Shown here: piece by piece, positions 47,346 to 55,789 of the stretch
Layout: every line of letters starts with the position of its first letter
Position numbering within the stretch: the stretch's first letter is position 1
Origin: Anaerolineales bacterium
Lineage (GTDB): Bacteria > Chloroflexota > Anaerolineae > Anaerolineales > Villigracilaceae
Length of the DNA: 64,000 nucleotides
Direction: 5' to 3'
NCBI GenBank assembly: GCA_015075725.1
Contig: JABTTV010000001.1
Coordinates: 3,461,223 to 3,525,222 of the forward strand
The notes under the pieces: model-generated
Databases searched by the model: none
What the model was told of the DNA's origin: nothing
What the model saw: the letters and a program-made list of their open reading frames with translations, nothing else
Position numbers and translations under genes: made by a program

Positions 47346-48044
47346 GTGGCAGATAAAATCTTGGTTGTAGAAGATGAGGCGCATATCACGCGGACCCTGC
47401 GTCTGTATCTCGAACAGGCTGGCTATCAGGTCGTCATCATCGCCGATGGCGCATTGGCTCTGCCAGCCTTTCGGCATGAGAAGCCCGACCTTGTGATTCT
47501 TGACTTACACCTACCGCACGTGGATGGCTGGGAGATTTGTCGCCAGATCCGCCGCGAGAGGGATACACCTATCATCATGCTCACCGCCCGCAGCGAAGAG
47601 AGTGACAAATTGATCGGATTGGAACTGGGCGCAGATGACTACGTCACCAAGCCGTTCAGCCCGCGTGAGGTGACAGCCCGTGTCAGGGTGGTGCTACGCC
47701 GAAGTCGTGGACAGGTACAGCCACCTCCGATCCTGCACGCGGATACGCTCATTCTGGACCTCGACGGTCATACTGTAACGCAAGCGAATCAAACTCTCGA
47801 ACTGACTCCCACTGAGTTCGAAATCCTGACTGCCTTGATGCGCCATCCAGGTCAGGCATTTACCCGATTGCAATTGGTGGAAGCCTCTCAAGGTGTGGCT
47901 TATGAAGGGTACGAGCGCGTGATCGATCAACACATCAAAAATCTGCGCGCCAAACTGGATGACGATGCCCGTGCTCCACGCTTTATTCAAACTGTCTTTG
48001 GCGTGGGATATCGATTCTCCGCGGAGTTCCGACATGATGCGTAG
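47346..48044 (+). CDS. OmpR-family response regulator
   Basis: LVVEDE, LILD, GADDYVTKPF and wHTH TVFGVGYRF. Confidence 0.95.
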   Translation: MADKILVVEDEAHITRTLRLYLEQAGYQVVIIADGALALPAFRHEKPDLVILDLHLPHVDGWEICRQIRRERDTPIIMLTARSEESDKLIGLELGADDYVTKPFSPREVTARVRVVLRRSRGQVQPPPILHADTLILDLDGHTVTQANQTLELTPTEFEILTALMRHPGQAFTRLQLVEASQGVAYEGYERVIDQHIKNLRAKLDDDARAPRFIQTVFGVGYRFSAEFRHDA

Positions 48045-49479
48045 TCTGTGGCTTAAGTTGATGGGCGCTTTTCTGCTGATCGTATTAATCGGCGGCGGGA
48101 TTGACACGTACCTGGTTAGCCATTCAACGCGGACTCAATTCAGCCAATACATTGATCAAAATGGAAGAGCGTTTGCGCAACAACTTGCGCCGACGCTTGC
48201 TCAGTATTACAGCCGACAGGGAAACTGGCAGGGTGTGGAAGGTCTTCTCAATAACCCCTGGGGCAATTCCATGATGGGGGATGGCATGGGGATGATGGAT
48301 GAGGGAAGTTGGGGCATATGGGACGGCATGGCGATGAACGGCGAAATGGGCATGGGGGACTCCAATCCGTGGAACATGATGGGAATACGCCTTCTGCTTG
48401 CCGACGCGCAGGGAACCATCGTTGCAGACGGTGCCGCGCTGGATAGAGGGAAGACCATTTCCTCGGCGGACCTCGCGGCGGGTGTGCCCATTCTGGTAGG
48501 AAATCAGCAGGTGGGAACGCTCCTGCCAGTTTATGCAGGGACGAATGTATCCAATCCAGCAGGGGATTTTATTTCATCGGTCAATCATTCCACCTGGCTG
48601 GCGGGAGTGATAGCGGCTGTTGTAGCATTAGTCCTTGGCTCGATCTTATTCTTTCAAATTGTTTCCCCTGTGCAGAAGTTGACCAATGCCGCCCAGAAAA
48701 TCGCGGCTGGAGATTTGGGACAGCGCATTCCCACCCAGTCACAAGATGAGATAGGGACACTGGCAACCGCGTTCAATCAAATGGCGGACTCGCTCGCACA
48801 ACACGAGGAACTACGCCGCAACTTGATCGCTGATGTCGCCCACGAACTGCGGACTCCCCTTACGATCATCCAGGGAAATCTCGAAGCCATGCTGGACGGC
48901 ATCCTGCCGACCAGCCCGGAGGAAATTGCAACCCTTCGGGACGAGGCGGCAATGCTGACACGCCTGGTCACGGACTTGCGATTGCTCTCACTGGCTGAAT
49001 CGGGACAACTGAAACTCGAACGCGCCAAAATCAATGTGGTTGAACTAATAACCCGCGCGGTTGAACCATTCCGCCTTCAGGCGCAATCCAGCGAAGTGCA
49101 GCTCAATCTCGACCTCGCTTCCAACCTTCCACCAATTGAAGTGGATGTTGATCGCATGACACAGGTCATGCGGAACTTGCTTGGCAACGCCCTGCGTCAC
49201 ACTCCCGCAGGTGGGTGTGTGACTGTTGCCTGCCAAAGCCATAAACCTCAGGAGTTGTCCGTCACCGTATCCGATACGGGCGAGGGGATTCCGCCTGATG
49301 ATCTGCCTTATATCTTTGACCGCTTCTACCGCGCCGACAAATCCCGTTCGCGCGCCAGCGGTGGGTCAGGGATCGGGTTGGCTATCGTCAAGCAACTGGT
49401 GGAAGCGCATGGCGGCAGAGTGTGGGTGGACAGTAAACCTGGGCAGGGAGCAACATTCGGATTTACACTGCTGAATTGA
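48034..49479 (+). CDS. HAMP sensor histidine kinase with Met-rich sensor domain
   Basis: ADVAHELRTPL H-box, NLLGNALRH, DTGEGI and GSGIGL. Start at 48034 or 48037, overlapping the regulator stop. Confidence 0.95.
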   Translation: MMRSLWLKLMGAFLLIVLIGGGIDTYLVSHSTRTQFSQYIDQNGRAFAQQLAPTLAQYYSRQGNWQGVEGLLNNPWGNSMMGDGMGMMDEGSWGIWDGMAMNGEMGMGDSNPWNMMGIRLLLADAQGTIVADGAALDRGKTISSADLAAGVPILVGNQQVGTLLPVYAGTNVSNPAGDFISSVNHSTWLAGVIAAVVALVLGSILFFQIVSPVQKLTNAAQKIAAGDLGQRIPTQSQDEIGTLATAFNQMADSLAQHEELRRNLIADVAHELRTPLTIIQGNLEAMLDGILPTSPEEIATLRDEAAMLTRLVTDLRLLSLAESGQLKLERAKINVVELITRAVEPFRLQAQSSEVQLNLDLASNLPPIEVDVDRMTQVMRNLLGNALRHTPAGGCVTVACQSHKPQELSVTVSDTGEGIPPDDLPYIFDRFYRADKSRSRASGGSGIGLAIVKQLVEAHGGRVWVDSKPGQGATFGFTLLN

Positions 49480-49534
49480 TTTAATGGAGTTACGGCACAT
49501 ACAACTAAGTAGTACGAAATCATCAGTGTGCGTT

Positions 49535-50983
49535 CTAATACCCTGCTGGCAATCTGCCGACCCAATCCTCTCCAATGCGAATCTCAATATCCACCGTTGA
49601 TGCAGGATCAGGCTGGATGATTACCTGTTGACTCCCCACCCCAAAGAGTTCCGTCAAATACCGCAGGGCATATAACTTTGAGGTGTACAGAATTATTTTG
49701 GTGGTGTTGGACGCATCAGTCGGTGGACCAAATTCCACCACCTGCATACCCTGGGTGGATAGAAAAGAGGCTGTGCTTTGCTCCAATCCGGCAGTATAAG
49801 TGTTATTGATAATCCTGATCCGCGCCTGATCAGATTGCATCAGCGCCATTGGATCACCTTGCGCCAATGGACTGAGAGGTCCGCCGGGAACGAAGATCTC
49901 ATCGCGCAGGATGCGAATGAGATCGGGGACCGGGCGCAGGACATTGGCAGGCACACCGTTGATGGTTGTATCCGCCGGGATCGCCATTGTGGTATCGATC
50001 ACGCCTCGCTTGATGTCCTCCACCCGAATGTCTTTCCCCAACACTGCCAGTTGGATCGCATCTTCCAACGACATGTTGGTGTGGATCCCAGAGGAAAATT
50101 CTGCATACAACTGCGGCGCCTGGGTAATCAAGGTGGCAAAGGTTTCCCCTTCCAGCACCTTGTCGCGGATCGCAAGGATGACCTGTTGTTGGCGTTTGGC
50201 GCGTCCCACGTCTCCGCCCGAACAGCCTTGTGATTCATGCCGGCAGCGTGCATACGCCAGGGCGCGCGGTCCGGTCAGGTGGCGGTAATCTCCCGGCTTC
50301 AACACAAAATGATCTGGTCCCTCGCCGAGCGGATCAAGCACCATGCGTTCCTCGACATACACATCGATGCCGCCAATCAGATTGATGAACGAAACAAAGG
50401 TCCCAAAATCCACCTGCACATAATAATGAATCGGAACCCCGATGAATTGCGAAACGGTCTGCATTGCCAAGGCAGGTCCGCCGCCCGGCAATTTGGCATT
50501 CTCGCCAATTGCCCAGGCGGTATTGATGCGACTGTATCCTGCACCGGGGATGTTGACCCACATATCACGCGGGATGGACAACATGCCCGCAGTTTTTGTG
50601 ACCGGATCCACAGTCAGAACCATGATCGTATCGGTGCAGGTCGGGCAACCTTCTCCGTGTCCATCGTCGCCGCGCAAGCCAAAGAAGGCGATGTTGATCC
50701 GACTGGCGCCGTCCCATTGAGGCAGCTCCATTTTCGGCGCGGATATTTCAATTGGAAGATCGTTTGCAGTTGCCGGATCGGGAGATGTCGGCAGATCGGA
50801 AGATGGTTGGTTTTGTAAAGTGCACTCTGCGGATGGCACACCTGGCAGGGCAGTCAGGGTCCAGCAGAGAGTCAGTTTGCGGACGATGAAAAACGCAGCA
50901 AGCATAGCCGCCGTAACAAAGATCCAATAGGCAAGCGAACGCCAAAAGGGATGATAAATATTCGGAGTTCGTGAACCTGGCAT
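49535..50983 (-). CDS. LCP (LytR-CpsA-Psr) family protein with LytR_C domain
   Basis: TDTIMV, SIPRDMWV, RINTA, ALAYARCR and DVGRAKRQQQV motifs. Confidence 0.9.
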   Translation of the reverse strand: MPGSRTPNIYHPFWRSLAYWIFVTAAMLAAFFIVRKLTLCWTLTALPGVPSAECTLQNQPSSDLPTSPDPATANDLPIEISAPKMELPQWDGASRINIAFFGLRGDDGHGEGCPTCTDTIMVLTVDPVTKTAGMLSIPRDMWVNIPGAGYSRINTAWAIGENAKLPGGGPALAMQTVSQFIGVPIHYYVQVDFGTFVSFINLIGGIDVYVEERMVLDPLGEGPDHFVLKPGDYRHLTGPRALAYARCRHESQGCSGGDVGRAKRQQQVILAIRDKVLEGETFATLITQAPQLYAEFSSGIHTNMSLEDAIQLAVLGKDIRVEDIKRGVIDTTMAIPADTTINGVPANVLRPVPDLIRILRDEIFVPGGPLSPLAQGDPMALMQSDQARIRIINNTYTAGLEQSTASFLSTQGMQVVEFGPPTDASNTTKIILYTSKLYALRYLTELFGVGSQQVIIQPDPASTVDIEIRIGEDWVGRLPAGY

Positions 50984-51864
50984 TACATCAACCCCGACCC
51001 CATGAACGGCGCGATGATCGCCAGCACCAGACCCAGCACCGCCATCACCCCGAATAAGCCGGCGCGCTGACGCACGAGAGCTGCACGTTCCTCAGTTGAT
51101 TCCACCACGGAACGGTGAACAGACTCCTGCAGCCCCTGCACGCTCGACAGGACTGGACGATTGTTGGCGAAGAAGTCATAGATGTCACGCAGGAATAGAT
51201 TCGCCTCCACATCCTTTGGATCTGGCAAATGAGCGCGGGTCACATCAATGGCTTTGGTGAAGTCCTCCACTTCCATGCGCGCAACAAGCAAACCAAGTAA
51301 ATTACAGAATGGTCCACCCACGGTCGAAGCGCGGCGCAGGGCTTCCTGCACCCCAACGCCGGAAGAAAGTAATGAACTCAATACAGAGAGACCGATCAAC
51401 ATGTTATTGCGCAGCGACTCGGCGCGTTTCTTTGCGAGTGTCTTCAGGCGCACATAGGGTCGGCGTAATCCCAGTAAGACGAAGATGCCGGCAATCACTG
51501 GCGCAACAGCGATGATGTTCATGGCGGCTAACGCTCCTGCCAACATCCCGCCCACCAGCAGAAAGGTCGAGAAATCGCGGATCGCCACGGCATAGAATTC
51601 ACCGGGGGTATCGTAGGGATAGCCAGCACGTCTCAAGAGGCTGATCACATCCCCCATGTTCTTCGCCTGATCCGGATCGAAGCGTCCCGGCAGGATAGCG
51701 ATCAATAACGCTTCCCATGTGGAACGGCGTTTGGTTTGGGGTTGTGAAGTGAAGTTGCTCAGGCGGTTCCCACCAAAGGTGCTGAAGGCATTCTGAAAAA
51801 CGTTCAGCAGTTCAAATGCGAGCACGCTCAAACTAAGCGCGCCGAGAAAGGCAAAAAAAGTCAT
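50983..51864 (-). CDS. tadC: TadC-like type II secretion F-domain protein
   Basis: LLRRAGYP, TMs and LLSSGVGVQEALRR T2SSF segment. Confidence 0.7.
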   Translation of the reverse strand: MTFFAFLGALSLSVLAFELLNVFQNAFSTFGGNRLSNFTSQPQTKRRSTWEALLIAILPGRFDPDQAKNMGDVISLLRRAGYPYDTPGEFYAVAIRDFSTFLLVGGMLAGALAAMNIIAVAPVIAGIFVLLGLRRPYVRLKTLAKKRAESLRNNMLIGLSVLSSLLSSGVGVQEALRRASTVGGPFCNLLGLLVARMEVEDFTKAIDVTRAHLPDPKDVEANLFLRDIYDFFANNRPVLSSVQGLQESVHRSVVESTEERAALVRQRAGLFGVMAVLGLVLAIIAPFMGSGLM

Positions 51865-52991
51865 CGAGGTTCTCCTTGTGAAATATCGAGACGGAAGTCT
51901 AATAACTTCTGCAAGGGGGTCTCCCCCGGCTGTCGCCCGCGAAACTTTTTGCTGTACAACCCACGGCGCAAGGCTTGCATGTGTTTTTCATCCCGGATAA
52001 CCTGATGAGGCGGACGCGGTTCGGCGAACTTCAAAGCGCCGCTGCCCGTCTCCCACTGTTCTCCGCCAAAATCTGCCGGCCAAAGCGGGTGGGTATACAT
52101 ATCCCACTCCTTGGACAAACGGTTATTCTTCTTTGCGCGATGCCATCCCCAAAAGGCTTCGAAGCGCGGACCCCATAGGCCCCAGACCAGGTCAAGTTGC
52201 AATGACTCATCCCGCAGCAAGTTCAAGGTTTCCGTGCAGTGATGGCAGATCGGGATGGCATTCTCCGGTCGCTGATACCGCCACAGAATTTCCACCGGGG
52301 CATTCGGGGCAGGGTTGAGGATCGGTCGCCAGGAAGCGGACTTGCCGCAGCGAATGCAGTGATTGGGAAATTCGTGTCGCCAGGGGATGCCAGCCACGGA
52401 CGCCGCCACGATCTCATCCAGATAGGGTTCCTCGGCTTTCAAGACGGAATACGATAACTTCACCGCGCCATCCGGCAGATGCCAGGCATGCGAAAGATCC
52501 AGGATGAACCCGGCAGAACTCACGATTTGCCCGCGTTCCCAGGCTTCGAATCTGCGCCGTTGGACCTCGGGACGAACCTCGCCGCGATGGGCATCGCGGA
52601 TGCGTCGGATGTCGGCAACCGCTTCTGCCAACAGTGCGAACAACAAACTGTCCATGCGCAGGCTCGGGTCGATTGAACCTTGTTGAGGCAGGTCCGGCGC
52701 AACGGATAAAACTGTTTGGAGATATGGGCGATAGTCCACCTTGGGGCCGGTCTCGATCACGTACTTACAAACGGGCAATTTCACCCAGCGCCATTTGGTG
52801 ATGACTTCATCGAATATCACCTGTCCATCTGCGGTGAGTGCAAGGATCCGCATGGGCGGGCAGAAGAAGGTGTGGAAGGTGCGCGTTCCATCTGTCGGAT
52901 AGATAAACGCCAGCACGGTATCGTTCAAAGACTCCATGAACATGGCGCCGGAGGCGCGTTGTTCGGAGGTGATCAGAAACTGTAATTGCAT
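51861..52991 (-). CDS. DUF192-like N-terminal domain fused to a CxxC...CxxC (HNH-like) domain
   Basis: RASGAMF...FHTFFCPPMRIL...YVIETG (DUF192-like); HCIRCGK...ENAIPICHHC. Likely start is MQLQF at 52991. Confidence 0.55.
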   Translation of the reverse strand: MQLQFLITSEQRASGAMFMESLNDTVLAFIYPTDGTRTFHTFFCPPMRILALTADGQVIFDEVITKWRWVKLPVCKYVIETGPKVDYRPYLQTVLSVAPDLPQQGSIDPSLRMDSLLFALLAEAVADIRRIRDAHRGEVRPEVQRRRFEAWERGQIVSSAGFILDLSHAWHLPDGAVKLSYSVLKAEEPYLDEIVAASVAGIPWRHEFPNHCIRCGKSASWRPILNPAPNAPVEILWRYQRPENAIPICHHCTETLNLLRDESLQLDLVWGLWGPRFEAFWGWHRAKKNNRLSKEWDMYTHPLWPADFGGEQWETGSGALKFAEPRPPHQVIRDEKHMQALRRGLYSKKFRGRQPGETPLQKLLDFRLDISQGEPR

Positions 52992-52992
52992 G

Positions 52993-54957
52993 TTATTCAC
53001 TGGCTCCTTCGCCAAAGAGGATTTCGCGCACAACGGGCAGCCTGGGGTTATTGGAACCCATTGCCTTCTTCCAGGCGTGCGCGAGTGGGTGTTCAATTTT
53101 CGCGGGCAGTTCATATGCCCGGGTGGGGGTGGAGTCGATCAAGGCCAGCAACTCTTCCGGTGGCAGGTCGGCAAATTGCCGGAAGACTCCGCGTGCTTCA
53201 CGCAGGGGATGTTCGCGCAAGCGGCTGATGGCATAGCCCAAGGGATCGGAAAGATTTCCACTTTGCGGGCTGGCAACGTACAGCACCCACGAGACAAAGG
53301 CATGCACAGAGGCCTGGATTTCGAGTAGTTCTTTTTGGACTTTGGGATGCACATCGTTTTGTGCAAGCAGGGTTTCGAGTTCCCAAAAATCAGGAGCGAC
53401 CGCCTCCGCCGCTTTCGCGCAGCGGCTTTGCGTGTGCTGGGTGGTGGAAGTGTTTTTCTTGTAGGTGTTTAAGGGGTGTTTAAAAGAGTTTAAATCACTC
53501 CCATTTGCGTCCACCATATGACTCCCATTTGCGTCTGCTAATACTCCCATTTGCGTCCAGCTAATACTCCCATCTGCGTCTGCCATATGACTCCCATTTG
53601 CGTCCACCTTATTACTCCCATCTGCGTCCAGCGGTTCGTCCAGCAACACCCGAAAGGCGCGCGGCATCGACTCCACGCGCAGGTCGGCGTAGGTCTTTGA
53701 ATCGGGCAGATCGATTTCTTGCAGAAAGCGGGAGAGGTTGCCCCCGCGTTGTTGCGAAGTCCAATGCAGATGGAGCCAGGCTTGTACGGTTTTGTAGCGG
53801 TTGGAACCGATCAGTTCTGCCATCTCCTGATATCCATGCTTGAAGGTCACCACATCCCGCCGCTCGCCAGTGCGGGCATTGATGAACGCCATATCGCGCG
53901 CGACCGTGATCAACCAGGCCTGCGCGGGCGTCAGGTTATAGCGGTGGATGGTCTCTGTGATGAAGTAATGTGGGATGTGAATGTCACCCAGGCAGTTGAT
54001 GATCCTGCGATGCAGTTCCTGCGCGAGACGCTCGATTTCAGGTGAAAAGTTTTCACCTGTTTCCAAACGCGCCATATCCATCACCGTGTTCACACTTGCA
54101 CCTGGCGCAAGTGCAGGTGTGGGTGCATGAGGCAGTTTCATATCCAGCGGAGTAAGCAGATCCATGACATCCTCCACGGCGAGCAGCTCCTGCAGGGCAT
54201 TGGAGACGGAGTTATGTTTTTCGATCCATGCTTTCAACCGCAGATGAACCGCAATGGCGTCGGCGCGTGTCAGGCGCGGAGTCATGAAGACCTGATAGCG
54301 GATCGGTGCGCGATGAGGGCGTCCGTCCCGTCCACGCCGGAAACGGCGTGCATCCTGTGGATCCACGCGCTGAACCAACCCATTCAACTGATCCTGGATG
54401 CCGGCATGTTTCAACAACCGCCAGAAGGCGCCATTGCTCAGTGCGCTGAAACGCATCACCTCGCGGCTGTGCAATGGTTTTCCAGATGTCTGGTGCTGAT
54501 CCTGCACCCGCCATGCTGTTTGATGAAATCCAACATACAACCAGACCGCCTTGGGTCCGATCTCCATTCCCAGTCTTCGCAAGTAGCCCTTCACCACGAC
54601 CTGCTTGTGCGGCTGGACGATGCGGTCATAATCCAGCCATTGCACCGGCTCAATGTTCAATTCAGGTTCGTCCGTTTCCTCCGCTTCTGTTTCCATTTCT
54701 TCCTGCGACTCATCACCGACAACGAACTTCACAGAGACGGAACGATTCAGAATGCCAACCAGCAATCGCTGCACCGTGCTGGTCAGGCGGGACTCCAGCC
54801 AGTCACGGGCATAGGCATTGCGCGTGGAAACAAGCAGTACATCGTTTTCCAATCCCAACGCAACCGTGCCCAGCACCCAGGTTTCGAAGGAGGCGCGCGG
54901 CATGTCCATCTGTAGTTGAGTCAACACGGAACTCCAGGCTTGTTGAAGATCGCTCAT
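52993..54957 (-). CDS. Replication initiator with DnaA N-terminal-like domain and internal iterons
   Basis: N-terminus QAWSSVLTQLQ...SFETWV...NAYARDWLESR resembles DnaA domain I. It carries an internal direct-repeat array and lies next to ParA. Confidence 0.7.
   Translation of the reverse strand: MSDLQQAWSSVLTQLQMDMPRASFETWVLGTVALGLENDVLLVSTRNAYARDWLESRLTSTVQRLLVGILNRSVSVKFVVGDESQEEMETEAEETDEPELNIEPVQWLDYDRIVQPHKQVVVKGYLRRLGMEIGPKAVWLYVGFHQTAWRVQDQHQTSGKPLHSREVMRFSALSNGAFWRLLKHAGIQDQLNGLVQRVDPQDARRFRRGRDGRPHRAPIRYQVFMTPRLTRADAIAVHLRLKAWIEKHNSVSNALQELLAVEDVMDLLTPLDMKLPHAPTPALAPGASVNTVMDMARLETGENFSPEIERLAQELHRRIINCLGDIHIPHYFITETIHRYNLTPAQAWLITVARDMAFINARTGERRDVVTFKHGYQEMAELIGSNRYKTVQAWLHLHWTSQQRGGNLSRFLQEIDLPDSKTYADLRVESMPRAFRVLLDEPLDADGSNKVDANGSHMADADGSISWTQMGVLADANGSHMVDANGSDLNSFKHPLNTYKKNTSTTQHTQSRCAKAAEAVAPDFWELETLLAQNDVHPKVQKELLEIQASVHAFVSWVLYVASPQSGNLSDPLGYAISRLREHPLREARGVFRQFADLPPEELLALIDSTPTRAYELPAKIEHPLAHAWKKAMGSNNPRLPVVREILFGEGASE
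53497..53632. repeat. Six direct repeats ACTCCCATYTGCGTC (iteron array / oriV)
   Basis: Copies start at 53497, 53521, 53543, 53566, 53590 and 53614 (spacing 24, 22, 23, 24, 24); an AT-rich stretch TTTAAAAGAGTTTAAAT is adjacent. Confidence 0.85.
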
Positions 54958-55181
54958 GCATAACCTCCTCGCAAAACAAGCCTGTTTTTTTTCACAGGTC
55001 TCACAGACCGTTCGCGCAGGATTTCTTTCGCCTCAGCCCTTCCTGTGCGTTCAACGTAGGCGGCAACGCAGGCGGATGCGTGGGCGGAACGTGGACAGGG
55101 CGCAGGCGGCACGTTGTCTCTGCCGCCCACGTTCTTCATCTCATTCCATTGATAAAGTAATTTTTGGCGGAACGTCATCAT
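54954..55181 (-). CDS. Small hypothetical protein
   Basis: 75 aa; stop overlaps the Rep start and start overlaps the upstream stop. Confidence 0.5.
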   Translation of the reverse strand: MMTFRQKLLYQWNEMKNVGGRDNVPPAPCPRSAHASACVAAYVERTGRAEAKEILRERSVRPVKKNRLVLRGGYA

Positions 55182-55786
55182 TTGCCTTTGTGCGCTAAAG
55201 TAAATGTGGTGGATTTCGGTTTGGGTTCAAGCACCAGCAATCCGGTTTCATACGCTTTCAGACCAAAGCGTAGCAGAGCCGTGATCAATTCCCCAATGGG
55301 TACATGCAAGCCATCATCGGAGGCAAGCGCTGCCAGTTCCTGTTTGAGTTCAGGAGAGAAGCCGCGCCAGGTGGTGATGACCCGCCACAAGGCTTCCGGT
55401 CGTTTATGTTTGGCAGTACGTTGAGGTCTGTTGATCGAATGTGCGGAGTCGCTTCGTGGGAAGAGGGTCATGCGCATGCGTTCCGGATTGGGACGCGGGT
55501 GGAGATCATAATCACCGCGTTCATAGGACCGCAGCGCGTATTCGAGCACCGCACATGCCACCTCTCCTGCGGGGACTTGTAGATCATCCGCAATTGCCTT
55601 CACCTTCAATGCCAGTTTGGGATCGATGCCGCGATAGACCACCTTGCGGCTCTGTTGCTGTTTTTCCCACTGGCGGCTGCGTTTGCGCGGCGCTGCCACA
55701 CGCAGGGAGTCATAGAGGCTGGGTGGTTGAACAGGGATGGGCGTTTCGGTCTTGTCAAAAGGGTCGCGTCGTCCGGTCATATCCAT
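55178..55786 (-). CDS. Tandem ribbon-helix-helix-like protein (ParA partner candidate)
   Basis: Two similar units: VVYRGIDPKL...VPAGEVACAVLEYALRSYERG and TTWRGFSPEL...VPIGELITALLRFGLKAYETG. Confidence 0.6.
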   Translation of the reverse strand: MDMTGRRDPFDKTETPIPVQPPSLYDSLRVAAPRKRSRQWEKQQQSRKVVYRGIDPKLALKVKAIADDLQVPAGEVACAVLEYALRSYERGDYDLHPRPNPERMRMTLFPRSDSAHSINRPQRTAKHKRPEALWRVITTWRGFSPELKQELAALASDDGLHVPIGELITALLRFGLKAYETGLLVLEPKPKSTTFTLAHKGK

Positions 55787-55789
55787 CTC

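Noticed and set aside
53497-53632. Repeat array as a CRISPR
   Set aside because: The 15-bp repeats have only 7-9 bp between them, lie inside an ORF and have no cas1/cas2 nearby. An iteron array fits better.
52993-54957. Chromosomal dnaA and oriC
   Set aside because: No AAA+ Walker motifs, no domain IV, no dnaN and no clustered DnaA boxes.
54474-55160. Long antisense ORFs from the track (e.g. 54127-54915, 54474-55160, 46000-46590, 22624-23223, 44816-45373)
   Set aside because: They are shadows of well-supported opposite-strand genes, have no motifs or RBS, and are expected in GC-rich coding DNA.
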